From Amoebophrya sp. A120 (Eukaryota; Protista; Dinoflagellata), in the NCBI GenBank assembly GCA_905178155.1, contig CAJINV010000016.1, positions 310,001 to 374,000 on the forward strand: a DNA stretch of 64,000 nt, in the 5' to 3' direction. This document shows positions 1 to 13,300 of the stretch, piece after piece. Each line of letters begins with the position of its first letter. Within the stretch, counting starts at the first letter, position 1. Both the position numbers and the translations under genes were made by a program. The notes below the pieces were generated by a model. The model did no database searches. It was given only the letters and a program-made list of their open reading frames with translations, and was not told where the DNA came from.

Positions 1-3000
1 ATTCGTTTCAATTTCATCCCGTACAAAGAGCCTCCGTTCTGCGGCTGAAGTAGATGCACCGTCACTCACTTCTGCATCTTCATCCTCCAGGGCAGGTTTT
101 GTTCCACCACTATTCCGCAGGAGAAGTCTCGACTTGCTCTTCAATTCCGATGAAATGCTGGGTGTAGCGGCCAACATGTGGAGTTCGTTGTGATTATCAG
201 CTTGTCCCACCTCCTGAATATGATCAATATTCGCAACTTCTTCTGCAGCTGCTGTTTTCTCCTGGTTCTCGTGCCCGGATAGGAACAAGGTGCGCGTGCT
301 GCTTGACGCGGTTCTTGCAGTGTCAGGCCCGAAAACAAGCAGTCGCTGTTTGGCACGAGAAGTTGTTTCCGCTGCGTTGCGATCAATTTCATCCTCCTCG
401 TAATTCTCGTGCGGGAAAGCTTCATCGTGTCCCAAAGGTGTTCGTAGTTGCTCTGAAGTAGCCGCGTAATTTTCCAAATTTTCCTTGCTCGTCACCCGTA
501 GCAGTCGCTTATTGAACTCTTCTTCCTTCAATTCTTCTGCCAGTAGCACCTTGTACCAATTCTGACACAAATAAGGACTCCCTTGCCGGTCCAGCTGTTC
601 CGCGATCTTTTCTAAGCTCGTCGGTCTTCTTGATGGTTGTACAGAAGAAAGAGCGACGACGCGCTCCTGTACCTTCCCATGCAACGACCCAGCACCACCA
701 CCGGAGCCCCAATTCAAAAAAACACTTTCCCGCAGCTTTTCATCCCGATTTCTCTCGTGTTCCAGCCAGGCTGGTAGAAAACAGTCGTGTAAACAACTCG
801 TGAGGTGTGACGTTCCAGCAGCCCCACTGTGCGGCTGTAGTGGGTCCTGCGTTAGCCATTCCGCAAGCCAGTGCGGAGCTGCAGAAGTAGACCACGATTG
901 ATGTTGTGTCGAATTCGAACCATTGCTCGAACAAGCACTTATGCTTTGGTAGTACAGTTCCACTACCTTCCGCTTTTGCGAATTCGTGAAATCAAACAAA
1001 TTCCTCGCTTCTTTCTGCCTGAGGAGCTGTACACCTGCTGTCGTGGTACTAGTCTTAGCGTTGGCCCCACCAACGCCGCTGCCCGAGATAGAAGTCCTCG
1101 TTCCTGCCAAAATCTGCCACTTCCGGTATATCAGCTGTAGCTTCGCCCACACGAGCTTCGTCGCAGTCACAGGGTACTGGTTCAGGGTAGTTGACAAGTA
1201 GTGCAGAATCTCTAACTGTTCGCAGAGTTTCAGAGTTTGAAACAACGACCTGAAAGTTGTAGACCTCGTGGCAGTTTTGTCAGCGGTGGTTTGACTAGAA
1301 GATGTTGGTCGGCGGTGTAGTTGTTCCACAGAAACGAAGAAATTCGCTATTTGCTCCGCTTCCTCATTCGCTTTCGCCCGGTAACCCAGTGTAAACAAGT
1401 CCCGGGCCAGCTGGGCGAGGGGGAAGTAAGTGTGAGGGTCAGGGTGGACTGGCTCCACGTTATTCTTCCGGCCACTGCTGTTTCCAGTCTGCGACTCAAA
1501 AGTTTGGTTTGTTCCAACATACAATTCTTGCTGGTGCTGTTTTTGCATCCTCGCCTTGGCTCGCCTCCTCGACGAACAGTGTGGTCGGTTGGCTTTTGTA
1601 ACTACGGCACAACCTGTTTTTGCAAGTCGAAGTCCTTCGTCTTGCTCGCGTTTGTTCTGCACAGGCTGACCACCCTGCTGCTGGGTGGTCGTCCTCTCGT
1701 TTATTGCACAACTAGTACTGCTCTGCGTTGAAGCAAAAATTTTTAGCAACATTCCCTCCAGCAGCTTGCTGTCGCAAACCCGGAGCCTTGCCATATGGTG
1801 AATAATATCACACATCTGCCTTCTCGCAAGAACATGATGCTTGTAGTCGTGTTCCTGATTCCTGTGGTCTGTTCCTGCAAACCGGTCCTCCTCGTCTCGC
1901 TGCTTCACATCCTGACCCGAAGAAAACACGAGTTTTCCCGTCCCGTCGAGTAACGCCTGCAACAAAAACCGCTTGTGCCAGTCCAAGCTCGCCGCAACTT
2001 CCCAGGCGTAGCAGATAGCATCAACAGAGCTCCTGAAACAAGTCGATGCGGTTTTCATTTTGATCTCTGCCGCCAGTTTCTGCTGCAGTTCGTGGTCCAC
2101 CTGAGCGGTGGGAGTAGGATCAGATGACCACCCATCGTGGTTATTTTCAGAAGAAATAGAAGACCGGCCCATCACCATCCTTTGTTTCAGCAACCCGTGA
2201 AAGGAGGTGGAATCCAAAGACTGGACGGTTTCCAGTGGGAGTTTGGAATAGAAATCCGCAAAGGAGAAACGAGTTCCACAGGGGCCACTACAACCAGGTG
2301 GATTATTTCCAACATCTCTTCCACTTCCCGCAACATCATATGTTCCACTTCCAGCTGCAGTGTTGGCTAACGCTAAGCTGCTTTCGTCAAGGCAGGAGAG
2401 AATTTTGAAAAAAGCCTCGAAGTCAAAGCTGTTTTTAGAAGCGGACGGCTCTAGTATGTGTTCTCTTGTTGCGGAAGCGGAACTACGATCGAAATCTGCA
2501 CGACTGCTGTCGTTTGTTCTGTTGCCGTTCAGCCTCGCTGTCGCGGCGTGGAGCACTGTAGATTTGAAGCCGGTCCAAGCGGATGCGAAGTCATTTGATG
2601 CAATTGTGGATTTTTCACCACCAGGGAGCGTGGCCGAGCGTGTTTCATCGTACTGCGCCTTGTCCTTGATAGCCACCGCATTTGGTTTTTGCTTGTCAAG
2701 CAGTATCTTCACGTTCGGGGCCAAGCGCGCTAGCGTCGCCAGGCTGAGGTTGTTCGCCAGTAAGCTCGCGTTTTGCTCCAAAATCGCCATTGTCGCGTCG
2801 CGTAGCCAATTCCTTGAATGGTTGGCCGAAAAGTGGTCTGTATAGGATGTTGTGTAGTTATGGATCATATCGTCGGTTAAAAAATCTGTGACCTCGTCCT
2901 TGTTTTGCTCGTTCTCAACACCACCAGCCCGAGAGTCCACCTTGCTCAAAACCTCCACCGCCTGGCACAGCTGGCTAGCGGAAAGTTGTACTATGTTATT

Positions 3001-6000
3001 TTTCTCTGCATCTACTCCCACGTGAAGATCCGGAACCGCCTTTATTCCCACTTCCTTCTTAAAGCTTTCGTCCAGATTTTGCAAAACCTTCTCAAAGTCT
3101 CTACTAGCGAGGAATGCTGAATCGACTGCAGCAGGGTCGACCGCTGGCGTAGCTGCAGAAATATTTCGCATGGCCGGAGAAAAGTCGTGATCCCAACTTC
3201 CCCGCCTCGACGGACATAACGCGGCCTTGAGGTCTTGTAGCAACAGCGCCAGCTCGGTGTTCAGGTAGGTTATACTGGTCGACTTACTTGGCGAGCTCAT
3301 CTTTCCGATCGCTTCTTTCACCTGCCACACAGCATTTTCCGGCCACGCTTTCACGATTAACTCCTGCACCGCTCGTCGGCCTTCTTCGCTCGAGTCGTGG
3401 AGCTGCAACAGGTATGGAAGCGTCAGGATTGAAATCGTCAAAGTTAAAAAAATAATTTCTCATGCATAAACTGCAAGGCATGAATTGCCTCTCTTGCAGG
3501 GACGGCAAGTGAGGCCGACTGTCAGCCTGTTTGGGGTCTGCGGTAGAGCTGCAGAGGTAGCATGACAAAATTAGATCAGAAAAACGGCCGAGGTACATGT
3601 TCTTTCGTGCAACCACTTGGCACGCGGGCCGCGGGCATAGCGACTAGAGGGGGCGCGATGGTGCGGCCGGACGATGGGGCAAGTCATCCGGCGGGTAGCC
3701 GCCTGCTGCTATGTGCTTCAATGACCGCAGGCGGGCGGCGCCCGCCCGGAAGAGGGAAGGGGCGGCAAGGTGGTCGCGCCTCGCTGGGCCCCCCCGGCCA
3801 TGGTTCTCACCGGGGGCGTGCGGCAGGCACGGCATGGTGGTGGAGCGCCAACCCCGGAGCCCGCACGATTATTTACAACTAGCAGCCCGGCCGCGAGATT
3901 GCCGGGGGGGCTTGACCTCTTCAGGGGGGGTGCGGCAGGGGCCGTGAAGAATCCCTCTTGGGGGCAACCTACCACCCCCCCTTCGGGGGGGGGGTAAAAA
4001 GGGGGCAAAAGTTGGGCCAATTCGGCCACTTTTTTAGGGGGGGGCAAAAAATGGCCTTCCCCCGCTGCTACAGGGGGGGGGGGGCAAAATGGCCCAGATT
4101 GAGCTTATTTTACCCCCCCCCAAGAAGGGGCCCGAATTGGGCCAACTCCGGGCCCCCATTTTGGCCCTCTCTCGCGGGGGGGGGGCCTCACCCCCGAAAG
4201 TGCCGAAGCCGGGCGCTCCTTTTTCTGCGCCCCCGCGACCATATTCGGCGCAGGGGCGCGCAAATGCATGCGCGGCTGCCGCACCCCATGCCGTCGCGGG
4301 GCCCCGCGCCGATAGCAGCCGGAAAGGGAAGACCCCGCGGACTATCGTTGCCTTCCCCCCGTGGGCGACATCCGGGCCGGGAAATCTATCCCGGGCCCTT
4401 GGCAACAAAGAACGCGCAGCCCGGCGCCTGGCGCGGCGAGGTCCCTGGGACGGGCATCTTAGTCGGGCCCCGGGCAGCCCCCAAAGCGAAACAAAAGCAA
4501 TGCCAGACAGTGGCGAAGCGCGACAAAACATGTACTTCGGCCGTTTTTCCGGTCTAACAAAAGACGCCTTCTGTCCCTAAACAGCATGACAAACTGGATT
4601 TAGACGGTGCCGAGATTTGTCATGCGCCGCTTGAGAATTGGGCTTCCAACTGGTATCGATTTCATGCGTTACAAGTTATTTCAACTTTGGCGATTTCAAA
4701 CCTGACACTTCCATAACAGGAGCGCGCTGCGGATAATCGAGATCTTGTTTGCGATTGAAGCGGTACTTTCGCCCACGCGCGACGACGTTGCAGTACCAGT
4801 AGGGCATACACTTGTTGACTTTAGTCCACCAAATTCGACCCGCTCCAAGAGCCACAGAGCGGCTGCCCGGACTTTGCGAAGTTGTGTAGCTGCTTCGTCG
4901 GCTCTGCTGCTTTTGGTCGCGCTGGTCACGATCAATTGAGGCGCTCGTGTCGAAAACAGGTCAAGCTTCGATAATTCTTCGATTTCCGCGTAATCCAACT
5001 TTTTTGCGGAGTCGACTCGCCCCGATGTTGGTAGAAGCCGAGTTCTTGTACTAGAAACTTGTACAACAACAGCGTTTGTTTCCTCGTTCGATGAACCACG
5101 TCGAACCGAACTGCTGTTGAGCAGTTCCGCCGCACCTACATCCAAAATTGATTCCCGGAGTTGCTTTTTCTCCGCGAGTGTGCTGCTGCTCTTGTCCAGT
5201 AGGGTGGAAGATACGGACTCGCTCTTTCCGCTGCAATTGTCCTTCTCGACCAGACCGACCCCGTCGACAGATCGACACAGGACATCATTTTTTCTTCCCA
5301 TAATTAACCTCGTGTCAGTTGTGGACTCTATAGAAAAGTTCCGATACCGCTCCACCAGTGCTCGCAACAGGACCGCCACGAGGGTTGAGTCCAAACTCGG
5401 TAGGTAGGACGCTCCCGCCCGCACAACAACCGGCCAGGCGGTTTGGAGCAGGGAGAATTTATGTTGCATAGAAGACAACATCATCGTACTTGTACTTGAG
5501 GAAGGACAAACATCTCCTGATGCGTCATCGCTTCCACGACTGCGAGTGGACGAAGATGATGACGATGGAGACGAGAAGAGCGATAGACCATCCACGGCTT
5601 TGCTTTCGACCGTCACGACCGGTTGGGCACGAAAATTGGTGCTGTCTGGGCAAGCCGACCGTGAAATTTTTGCTATCGTGAACACCGGCGTTCTTGTTGA
5701 GTCGTTGTAATCTTCTCCGCAAGATGAGAGTTCTCGACCCTGCTCTGCGCCTCCACGACGTCCCACCGCGTGCACGATGGCGGCGGCCTGGCCGAAGGTG
5801 AGTTGCATCAAATGCGCTTCCCCACTGGGATAAAGCTTCGACACGCCGTCTGGTCGTGCGGAACCAGAACGGAAAGTAGGCGCTGAAAAATCATTCGAAG
5901 AGCCGCAAATCTTCTGTGCCGCGTGTTCTAGAACAGCTGCGGAGCGACGTGTCGCTATTTCCGTCGAGGAAAAAACGTCCTGTAACTCGGATAACTCGGA

Positions 6001-7833
6001 AAGGATGTGAATCGCTTGCGGAAGTGACAAGAACACCTGTGGAACTACTTCTACGTTTTGAAGAGCATCATGCTGCTCTCGCGCTATGCGCGACGTTGCG
6101 GTCTCTTCTGCATCGACGTCCACTCCGGCGGCGTCAGACTCTAGTCCCTCCTGCTCGCTGTTTCCATTTAACAACCCGCCACGTGATCGCGGTAAATTGT
6201 TGTATGCTTGTTCATCTACCTCATACCTTAATCGGTAATGCTGCAGAGTGGAGAAAGAAGGAGCGACGGCCGCTCCAGAGTCGGCCGCTGATTGAAGCTT
6301 TCGGTAGATTTTCATGACAACTGCATCCAGTTTTTCAGCCAGCAGTGGTTTGTCTGCCAACAACTCCCGAGCGATCAAGGCACTTTGTGCAAGGGAAATG
6401 TCTAGCGGAGAAGTGGTTCTTTCGCTAGAGGTACAAGAACTCGCTCTTGAAGCTGTTGCTGCTCCTCCTACAACCCCTGCTGTTTTTATTACCCGCAGCG
6501 CGTGCTCCAGCCTGACAAGCAGAGTCCGGACGAAAAGTTGCGAAATATCAGTTGGAAAAGAAGTGGCTTTTGCGTGCCCTCTGTTTCTGGTTTCCATTTT
6601 GTCTCTACCATCACTACTGGAACTTTCTTCGCGAGCAACTACTGGTATCCGATAGCCAGATAACCCTGCTTCCCACCATATCAAATGTAAAAGTGTCTGG
6701 GTCTGGAAGATTGCCAGGTTTGTCATGCACATTTTGCATGACTGCTGGTGTCTGTGATGCATGCCCTAGCATCACAGATTTTGTGAGGGCTTCCTGATGC
6801 CTATACCGCATGACAAATGCTCTTTCCGTGTAGCAAAACTCGGACTCTCTTTGCTGCTCATGCAATACAGATTTTTTTAGAATCCAAAATCAGCATGACA
6901 AGTTGGATTCTTCCAGACCCAGACATTTTTACAGTTGATACACCGCAATCCCGCGAGTAGCTGCTCATTGGTCATTCGCAGGCCTTTCGGAAGGTGCAGC
7001 GGTGCATGATTCTGCTTGTTGTTTTTCGTATTGGCGGAAGACGAAGACGAGGAAAATAATGACGATGCTGCTAAAGAACCACCGACGGTTTTCTGCTGCT
7101 TCTCATGAAGTCGGACCACCTCTTGACACAGATTGGAGATTCTATTCGCGTACTGGTCTGCTTCGGGCACATCGATAGCTGCAACGGTAGTCCTACTTCT
7201 ACTTGAGTCGTCAACTTTTATTCCGGCGGGATCGACCACCTCCCCCTTATTTGCACTTTGAAAGAAGTAGCTCATCAATTCCAACACTTCGCACAGTTTC
7301 TCGCCCTTTTGCACTTCGAGGCTTCTTTCTTGTTGGCCTTCGCCCTCTTGATGCGCAAGAACGGGTGCCAGAGGATGCGGAAGATCATCTCGGTTCTTCA
7401 CAGAAACGTCTTCAGGCGTGGAACTACTGGACGAAGAGGTTTTCGAAACTTCACCTGCCGCTGGGGTTGTTGTTCCCGCGGCAGAGCAAAAGGCACGGCG
7501 TTCTTGCTGGTAGGTCGTTGGACTAACAGTATTCAGGCTGGTCGGCACCACGACGCTCTGGGCTCCTCGAACAAGCTGAAAAGCACAACTCGACGACGTG
7601 ATCCTGTTCCTGGAGATTTGTCGGGAAATAAGATTGCGGTGTTCTCGTGGTACTTGTGCCAATACCAACCCTCCTGGTTCTCTGGTCCCTTGAAGTAGAT
7701 GCTCCTCTGCAACTACGGAGCAAAGACGATGAGCATGGAGCGCCGACGTCACTTCCTTCCTGCGGGGTCCTCGAGGACGATTTTTGGCGCTGCACGAAGC
7801 AACCACAATACGCTTCCGAGACAACCCGCCCAT
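1..7833 (-). CDS. Very large (>2000 aa) uncharacterised low-complexity/helical protein with 3 exons; runs off the left edge of the window
   Basis: ORF 6877..8028 (likely ATG at 7833, MGGLSRKR...), ORF 4696..6762 and a frame open from 3412 towards position 1 join in frame (..LAGLRWEAGLS.., ..SALLLQLHDSS..) when elements 6679..6940 and 3413..4715 plus one TSD each are removed. Confidence 0.7.
3413..4715. mobile_element. Introner family B carrying a nested GC-rich element
   Basis: TIR tatggaagcgtcaggattgaaatcgtcaaagtt / aactttggcgatttcaaacctgacacttccata; perfect TSD acagg; homologous to the uninterrupted copy at 25039..25346. Confidence 0.9.
3571..4557. mobile_element. GC-rich MITE/foldback element nested inside an introner
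   Basis: 29-bp TIR ttagatcagaaaaacggccgaggtacatg vs ttagaccggaaaaacggccgaagtacatg (reverse complement); TSD caaaa; absent from the family-B copy at 25039. Confidence 0.85.
6679..6940. mobile_element. Introner family A (TIR tatcaaatg(t/c)aaaaatgtctgggtctggaa)
   Basis: ~30-bp TIR; TSD cacca/caccg; removal restores frame. Confidence 0.9.
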
Positions 7834-9100
7834 TTTGCGGGAGTGAAGCTGGAGATGAAAGTTGCGCGGCGGTGACAATGCTAATTGAAATTCACAAATT
7901 AATAGGCAATAAATACAAAAATAAAACAGAGAATAGATCGGTCGCGTCCTCCTCAAATCCGATTTTGGAGAAGAGCTGGCGTTCCTGATCCTCGTGATGT
8001 GTGAAAGAGACAAAAGTGAACGGATCAACCCTCCTTTTTCAAAACTTGAAAAAAAAAAAAACCACTCTCTTTAGCCACGTTCAGAAAAAAAAAACTTTCT
8101 TTCATCATGATCATCGCCGGCTCGACTCTTTGATAAAACAAAGCGACACGCCGTGCCCGACTTCTGCAAATCCAAATGGTGACATAGTGAATATAACGAT
8201 GACGATCAGATCAATTGAATTCGGCATAATTACTTTCCAAGCAGCGTCCAGGAACGTAAATTCGAACCGAAGCACCGACGAACGTGTCAAAAACACGCAA
8301 GCTGCTCCAGTCCACGACAAGCGCAAGCCATCACCATCACCAACTACGGAAGTTGTGTCCTCCGTGTCGATAAAAGTGAAGTAGGCGGCGCCTAATTCTG
8401 AAGGAGAGCAACGCCAACACGTTGGGGTTGCGAGCCTCAACCTTTGTGACAATAAACATTTTTATCGGAAATAACGGAATACTAGACTAGCACAGGTGCA
8501 TGCGGCACCATCCAAGAATTCAGGAAATGATAAAGTCTAGAAATCTTCCACGAAGAGAGACGAACTACTCAGTCGAGTCAGACTCAACAGTCATTAGATG
8601 TAATTTACTGTACCGTTCTATGAAGCGACAAGTAGTAGTTCCGACATTTTTTATACTGGAAACTACTAGAGTAGATCGACTAACTGTCCGCACAATGTGA
8701 ATAAATCTCATACTCGACTCTTTAGCTGTAAATCATCAGAAACCATCCTACAGATGTTGAATGCTGGTTGTCTCTTTTCCCTTGTTCGTAAAAAAAGCAC
8801 ACTTCTGCTGCTTCGCGGCTTCGAATTATTTCCGAAGTCAGAAACTCCTTTGCCTTGCTGAACTAAAGTACTGGACTACGCAGTTGTGATGTAATGTTTA
8901 TCATCGTGAGGACGCACTGCTAATCAACTTGATGCTCAGGAAGTCAAAATGATCAGCCCTTCGTCGAGAGACAGACATCTATCTTCGTGTGAGCAAGCTC
9001 CTTCATCTTCATTCGTAAAAAACGGCTTAATACATCTGATATAATTCTCGCTCCATTCATTTCTTTTTGCACCGCACAAAAGAAAAAACCTTGTTGACCC

Positions 9101-12100
9101 TCAGCTCAACCGTGCGAGTTTGTCGTAGAGTTGCTGCGCCATGTCTTTTCTCTCCCCCAGCACCGGCGTGCACTGCCGTACGCTCTTCCACTCGCCTTCC
9201 ACTTTTTTGATCCCCTCGGCCTTGGCGGTAAAAGGCCCCCCGTGCTGCCCAAGCAGCCGCCGGATCTCCCGGGGTCGGTTGTCTTTTTTCGTTGGTGGCG
9301 ACATTTGCTCCATCCTCGCCAACAGCTCCTCCGTGATCGGTTGACAGTCCAGACTTATCAAATGCAAATATCCCTGGATGTCTGGAAGAGTCGGGGTTTG
9401 TCATGCACATTTTGCATGACCCATGAGGTCACGTCAGTGATGCAGGTCCGTGCATCACAGATTTTTTGAGAGCTTCTTGATGCTTATCACGCATGAGAAA
9501 TGTTGCCCTCTCCGCGTGGTGCCAAGAGCTGGACTCTTCTTGCTGCTCATGCTGCAACACAGATATTTTTAGAATCCGCAGACAGCATTACAAGTTCCAC
9601 TCTTCCAGACCCAGACATTTTTGCAGTGAATAAGACTCGTTGCAGGCATGGTGGTCTTTTTTGCATACCAGATCGGCTCCAGCTGCGCCGCCCGGGGGTT
9701 GTATCCTGTGCAAAAGTATCGCACTCGTAGTAATCGCAATCATGCATTACAAATCTCCATCACAAGGCAAAACAAGACGACAAATTCCATTTGTCATGCT
9801 GAGCTAATTTGTTTTGCAATTACTACTAGTACGATACTTTTGCAGTTCATAGATTGCGTTTGGACACAAACCAGAAGGCCTGCTCCCGCCCGGCCTTCGG
9901 AGCGGAGAGGAAGGTGCGGCTCTCCTTGTCCACGGAAAGTAAAGTGGGGAGGGGCGCCTGAGGTGGGTGAAATCATAAGGGATGAAAAATCATGGGAAGT
10001 TTCAACATCTCACTTGTTTTCCTACATCATCTGCACAACACTAAAGAAAGAAGTGAAGTGCTCCTGCAGCTTGTTTTTCATAAGCAGGCACACTCGATAT
10101 TAAAATTGTGTTGATACAAAAATCACAACAAATCATACCCATACCGACAAGGCCTTCTCCATCGAGGGCGCACTTTCCTTGCTCAGCTCCCGAACGTCGG
10201 ACAACTTCGGGAATATCGCTGTGAAAAAATTCGCAACTCGCAACAGCGGGGCAGTAGAGTAAACTAGAAGCTACTTTTGGTCGTCAATGTCAATCCATCA
10301 TGCAGAGACTAGTGAACAATCATGAGAGCGAATACAAAACTTCTACGAATTATCCCATGTCAATCCACGATGCGCGCACTGGTTGTTCTGTTTCTGTTGT
10401 GCCTGTGCGGTTCTGGAATACGAAACAGACACAGTGAATAAATTCATCATGAGTGCGTAACACTTTTTCTGCCGCTCGTACTACTACACGAGTTGCGAAA
10501 GATTTCCGCTCCATAACACTCGGCCGACGACTGTGCTCCACTGTCACGATGCCGGACTAAATTTGGTTTTCCATTTTTTTCGATTTCTATTTCTATTGCG
10601 GTGGAACTTGCATCTACTTCACAAGAGAAATTTGTAATGGAGAACTGTGTGCAAGTGCATCTGCATGCTAACAATGGCCATATCGCATAACAACCTAACA
10701 GTAAGTACCGATCTGCCCCCTCCGCTAGTTGAAAAGCTCGGTCGCCTGGTGTCAATGTAGTCCGAAGATGAGTTGTAGCCTCCATTCCGTATTGTGCTCG
10801 TGTCGTCTATGCAATACAAAGTTGAAACCGCACAAGAAGCACAAAACGCATGAGAAGTTCGTCTCCGGAGGAGCTAAAAGCCGAGCAGGACACTTGTGAT
10901 GTTGCTAAACAGAATTGTGATTGTACGAGCGGATATTTCTTGATTTCCAGAATGCAATTTGTGTGTTATCGTGTACGGTATCAAATTTCCTGTACTTATC
11001 CTTCGAAGTGTCCCTTGTCGATCGTTCCTCTCGGGACCCGATTGCCGACCGGTCATTGTCGTAGGTATTTGCGTGCTTGCTAGAGTAGTTCTTGTGAGAT
11101 GACGCCTGGTTGAGCGAGTCAGCGTCGAAAAGAACACCTTCACCTTCTTCCGATGAAATCATTGTCCTCGTCCCGGGAGCACCTCCAGCAGCTGCATTTC
11201 TATGCTTGTTCTTACTCTTGTTTCTATAATTCCCCCCGCCACTCAACAGCAGTGCCTTTTTGTCTGCCGCCTGCTGCGCCGCCGCGGGGGTCACACCTGC
11301 AGCCAAAGCCGAGGTCGCTGACGTGCCAGGTTGATGTGTCGCTTTGTCGTAAAACGAGTAGCTTTTCACGTTCTTCGCTTTGCTATTACCCTGATGCTGT
11401 TGCGCCATCTTTTTCTGTCCAAGAAGCGGCGAAGAAGATCCAAGTTGCGGAGGTTGATGTTGCAGCACCAGCGAGGGGAGCAGCGCTGGTGGACCTGCAG
11501 AAAAAAAATTTTTCGCGGGAACGCGCACATGATCCTGATCCGACGTCCCGCCAGCTTCCTCTTTTTCGATCGGAGGTGGTAATCGGTAGGCTGCTGCGGT
11601 CCTTGGGTCGTACAGCTTTTCCTGGTATGGATTGCAAAAGTGTCTGGGTTTGTAAACTTGTGATGCTGGGAGGCGTATTTTCAGGAGGCCACAAGTGCTG
11701 GCTCAGCATGACAAGTTTTTGAGCTTCTAGGTGTTGATGCCTATTCTGCATGACAAACTGCGTTTCTACATGACAGAAAAATGGGGCTCGTGGGCAACGT
11801 GCATGACAGACTTAAGAGGCATGCCAGACTAGCATGACAATTCTCGCAATCTTCCAGACCCAGACATTTTTGCAATTCATACCTGGTCGACACGTAGCGA
11901 AGGGGAGGAAACGCAGCCAGAGAGGACCACAGCAGGCGGGTTTGTTTGCAGGAGACCTTTTTGCCCAACAGGCTGATGATGTTGCGCTTGCGTTCCTTTA
12001 TTCACCATGGCACCAGCACGACTTGACGATGCTATGCAAGAAAAAAACTGTGTGTGTTGCAGAACATCCAACAGAGTTGCGCCTGTCATGCCAGACAGCC

Positions 12101-13300
12101 ACGAAGTCCTCTTTTCAGGTGTGTTTTCCCCTACAAGCCACGCATGACAGGTTTTCTCTGTCATGTAGAGCAAATTTGTGATGCTGTTTCTCAAAGAAAG
12201 TTACACTTACACACTTTTTTTCTTGGATAGATGCACTGGTGTCAGTACCGCCCGGACGGGAAGATGAATTAGTACCATGCACCAATGTATCAAATGCAAA
12301 AATGTCTGGGTCTGGAAGGATTCGAATTTGTGATGCGAAGTCTACATCATGATAAAATTTGTCATGCATGGCTAGCAAAAAGCCCCATTTCTTGTTTCCG
12401 AGCGAGAGGATTTGTCATGCGGATTAGGCATTCGGATAAGTGCTCAAAATCTGTGATGCTAGAGCTTGCATGCCAGACGATCTGGGTCAGGCAAAAACTG
12501 CATGACAGATCTCGCAACATTCTTCCAGACCGAGACATATTTGCAATCCATACAAGGCGGGAAGCAGGGTCGTCGTCCCACCTGCTTTTTGATATCCAGC
12601 AGCAGATGACGTCGACGTGGCAGCATTTTTATTTGTACTCAGCATCGAGTAGTTGTTCATCATCTTCGTTTCTTGCGGATTAATACGATTACCAGCACCA
12701 GGATCATAATTGTTCACACCACCACGCCCCCCTCCTGCCGCTGCGGCTTTCACCTTCTGCATCTTCTGCTCGCTGATATGATTTTCGTCAAAAAACTGGA
12801 TTTCTTCGGCACAGAGGGGCAACAGTGAGCGCTGATTGTGACTCCCGCCGGTGGTGCCCCCGGCCGCGTGTTGGGCAAAATGCGTGGGACTGTTCTTCTG
12901 GCTAAAGCCGCCCCAGATGTCGCACGTCTCACAGGTGTCCACCGACGGGCGCCGCTCGCGGTCCGCCCGGATGTTATTGCACATGCCGGCGGCGGTGCCA
13001 TCCTCCAGTACTGTAGTTGGCGTTGGACCTCCATGATGTGGTCCTCCGTTATTTGTATGATTCTTCTGATGTTGTAGTGCCTGAGAATGAGATTGTGCGG
13101 TGACGATTACGGGCGGGGCGCGTGCTTTTGGCCTGCCGGAGGTACCAGTGGAACTGCTCGACGACGTTGTAGTTGTGTGGAAGAAGTTTCTGCCGCTGGT
13201 TCCTCCTCCTGCTACTCCTGTCGCCCGAACACGTGTCGTTCCACTTGCCTTGAACGCGCTCGCACCTCCGCCGGCGCGGGGAGTGGTCGTGACACCAGGA
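9101..13300 (-). CDS. Uncharacterised multi-exon protein (5' end uncertain)
   Basis: The 3' exons join in frame across one GT-AG intron and two introners: ..MEKALS|APLPTLLSVDKESRTFLSAPKAGREQAFWFVSKRN|PRAAQLEPIWYAKKTTMPATS|LDCQPITEELL...DKLARLS*. Upstream ORFs 10905..11528 and 12487..12984 probably belong to this gene but were not joined exon by exon. Confidence 0.5.
9356..9632. mobile_element. Introner family A
   Basis: TIR; perfect TSD agact; in-frame removal. Confidence 0.9.
9702..9851. mobile_element. Introner family D (TIR tat(cctg/gcac)tgcaaaagtatcg)
   Basis: TIR; TSD ggttg/gattg; in-frame removal. Confidence 0.88.
11626..11881. mobile_element. Introner family A
   Basis: TIR; perfect TSD cctgg. 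Confidence 0.9.
12033..12229. mobile_element. Introner family E (TIR tat(g/c)caagaaaaaaactgtgtaagtgtaacttt)
   Basis: TIR; perfect TSD gatgc. Confidence 0.9.
12288..12552. mobile_element. Introner family A
   Basis: TIR; TSD caatg/caagg. Confidence 0.88.

Noticed and set aside
3562-4580. Overlapping 100-200 aa ORFs in the GC-rich element as a possible transposase
   Set aside because: Pro/Gly/Arg-rich ORFs arising from high GC content; no DDE-like motifs.
6679-6940. TA at both element ends read as a Tc1/mariner TA target duplication
   Set aside because: TA is part of the TIR. A separate variable 5-bp duplication flanks the elements, and only its removal restores reading frames.
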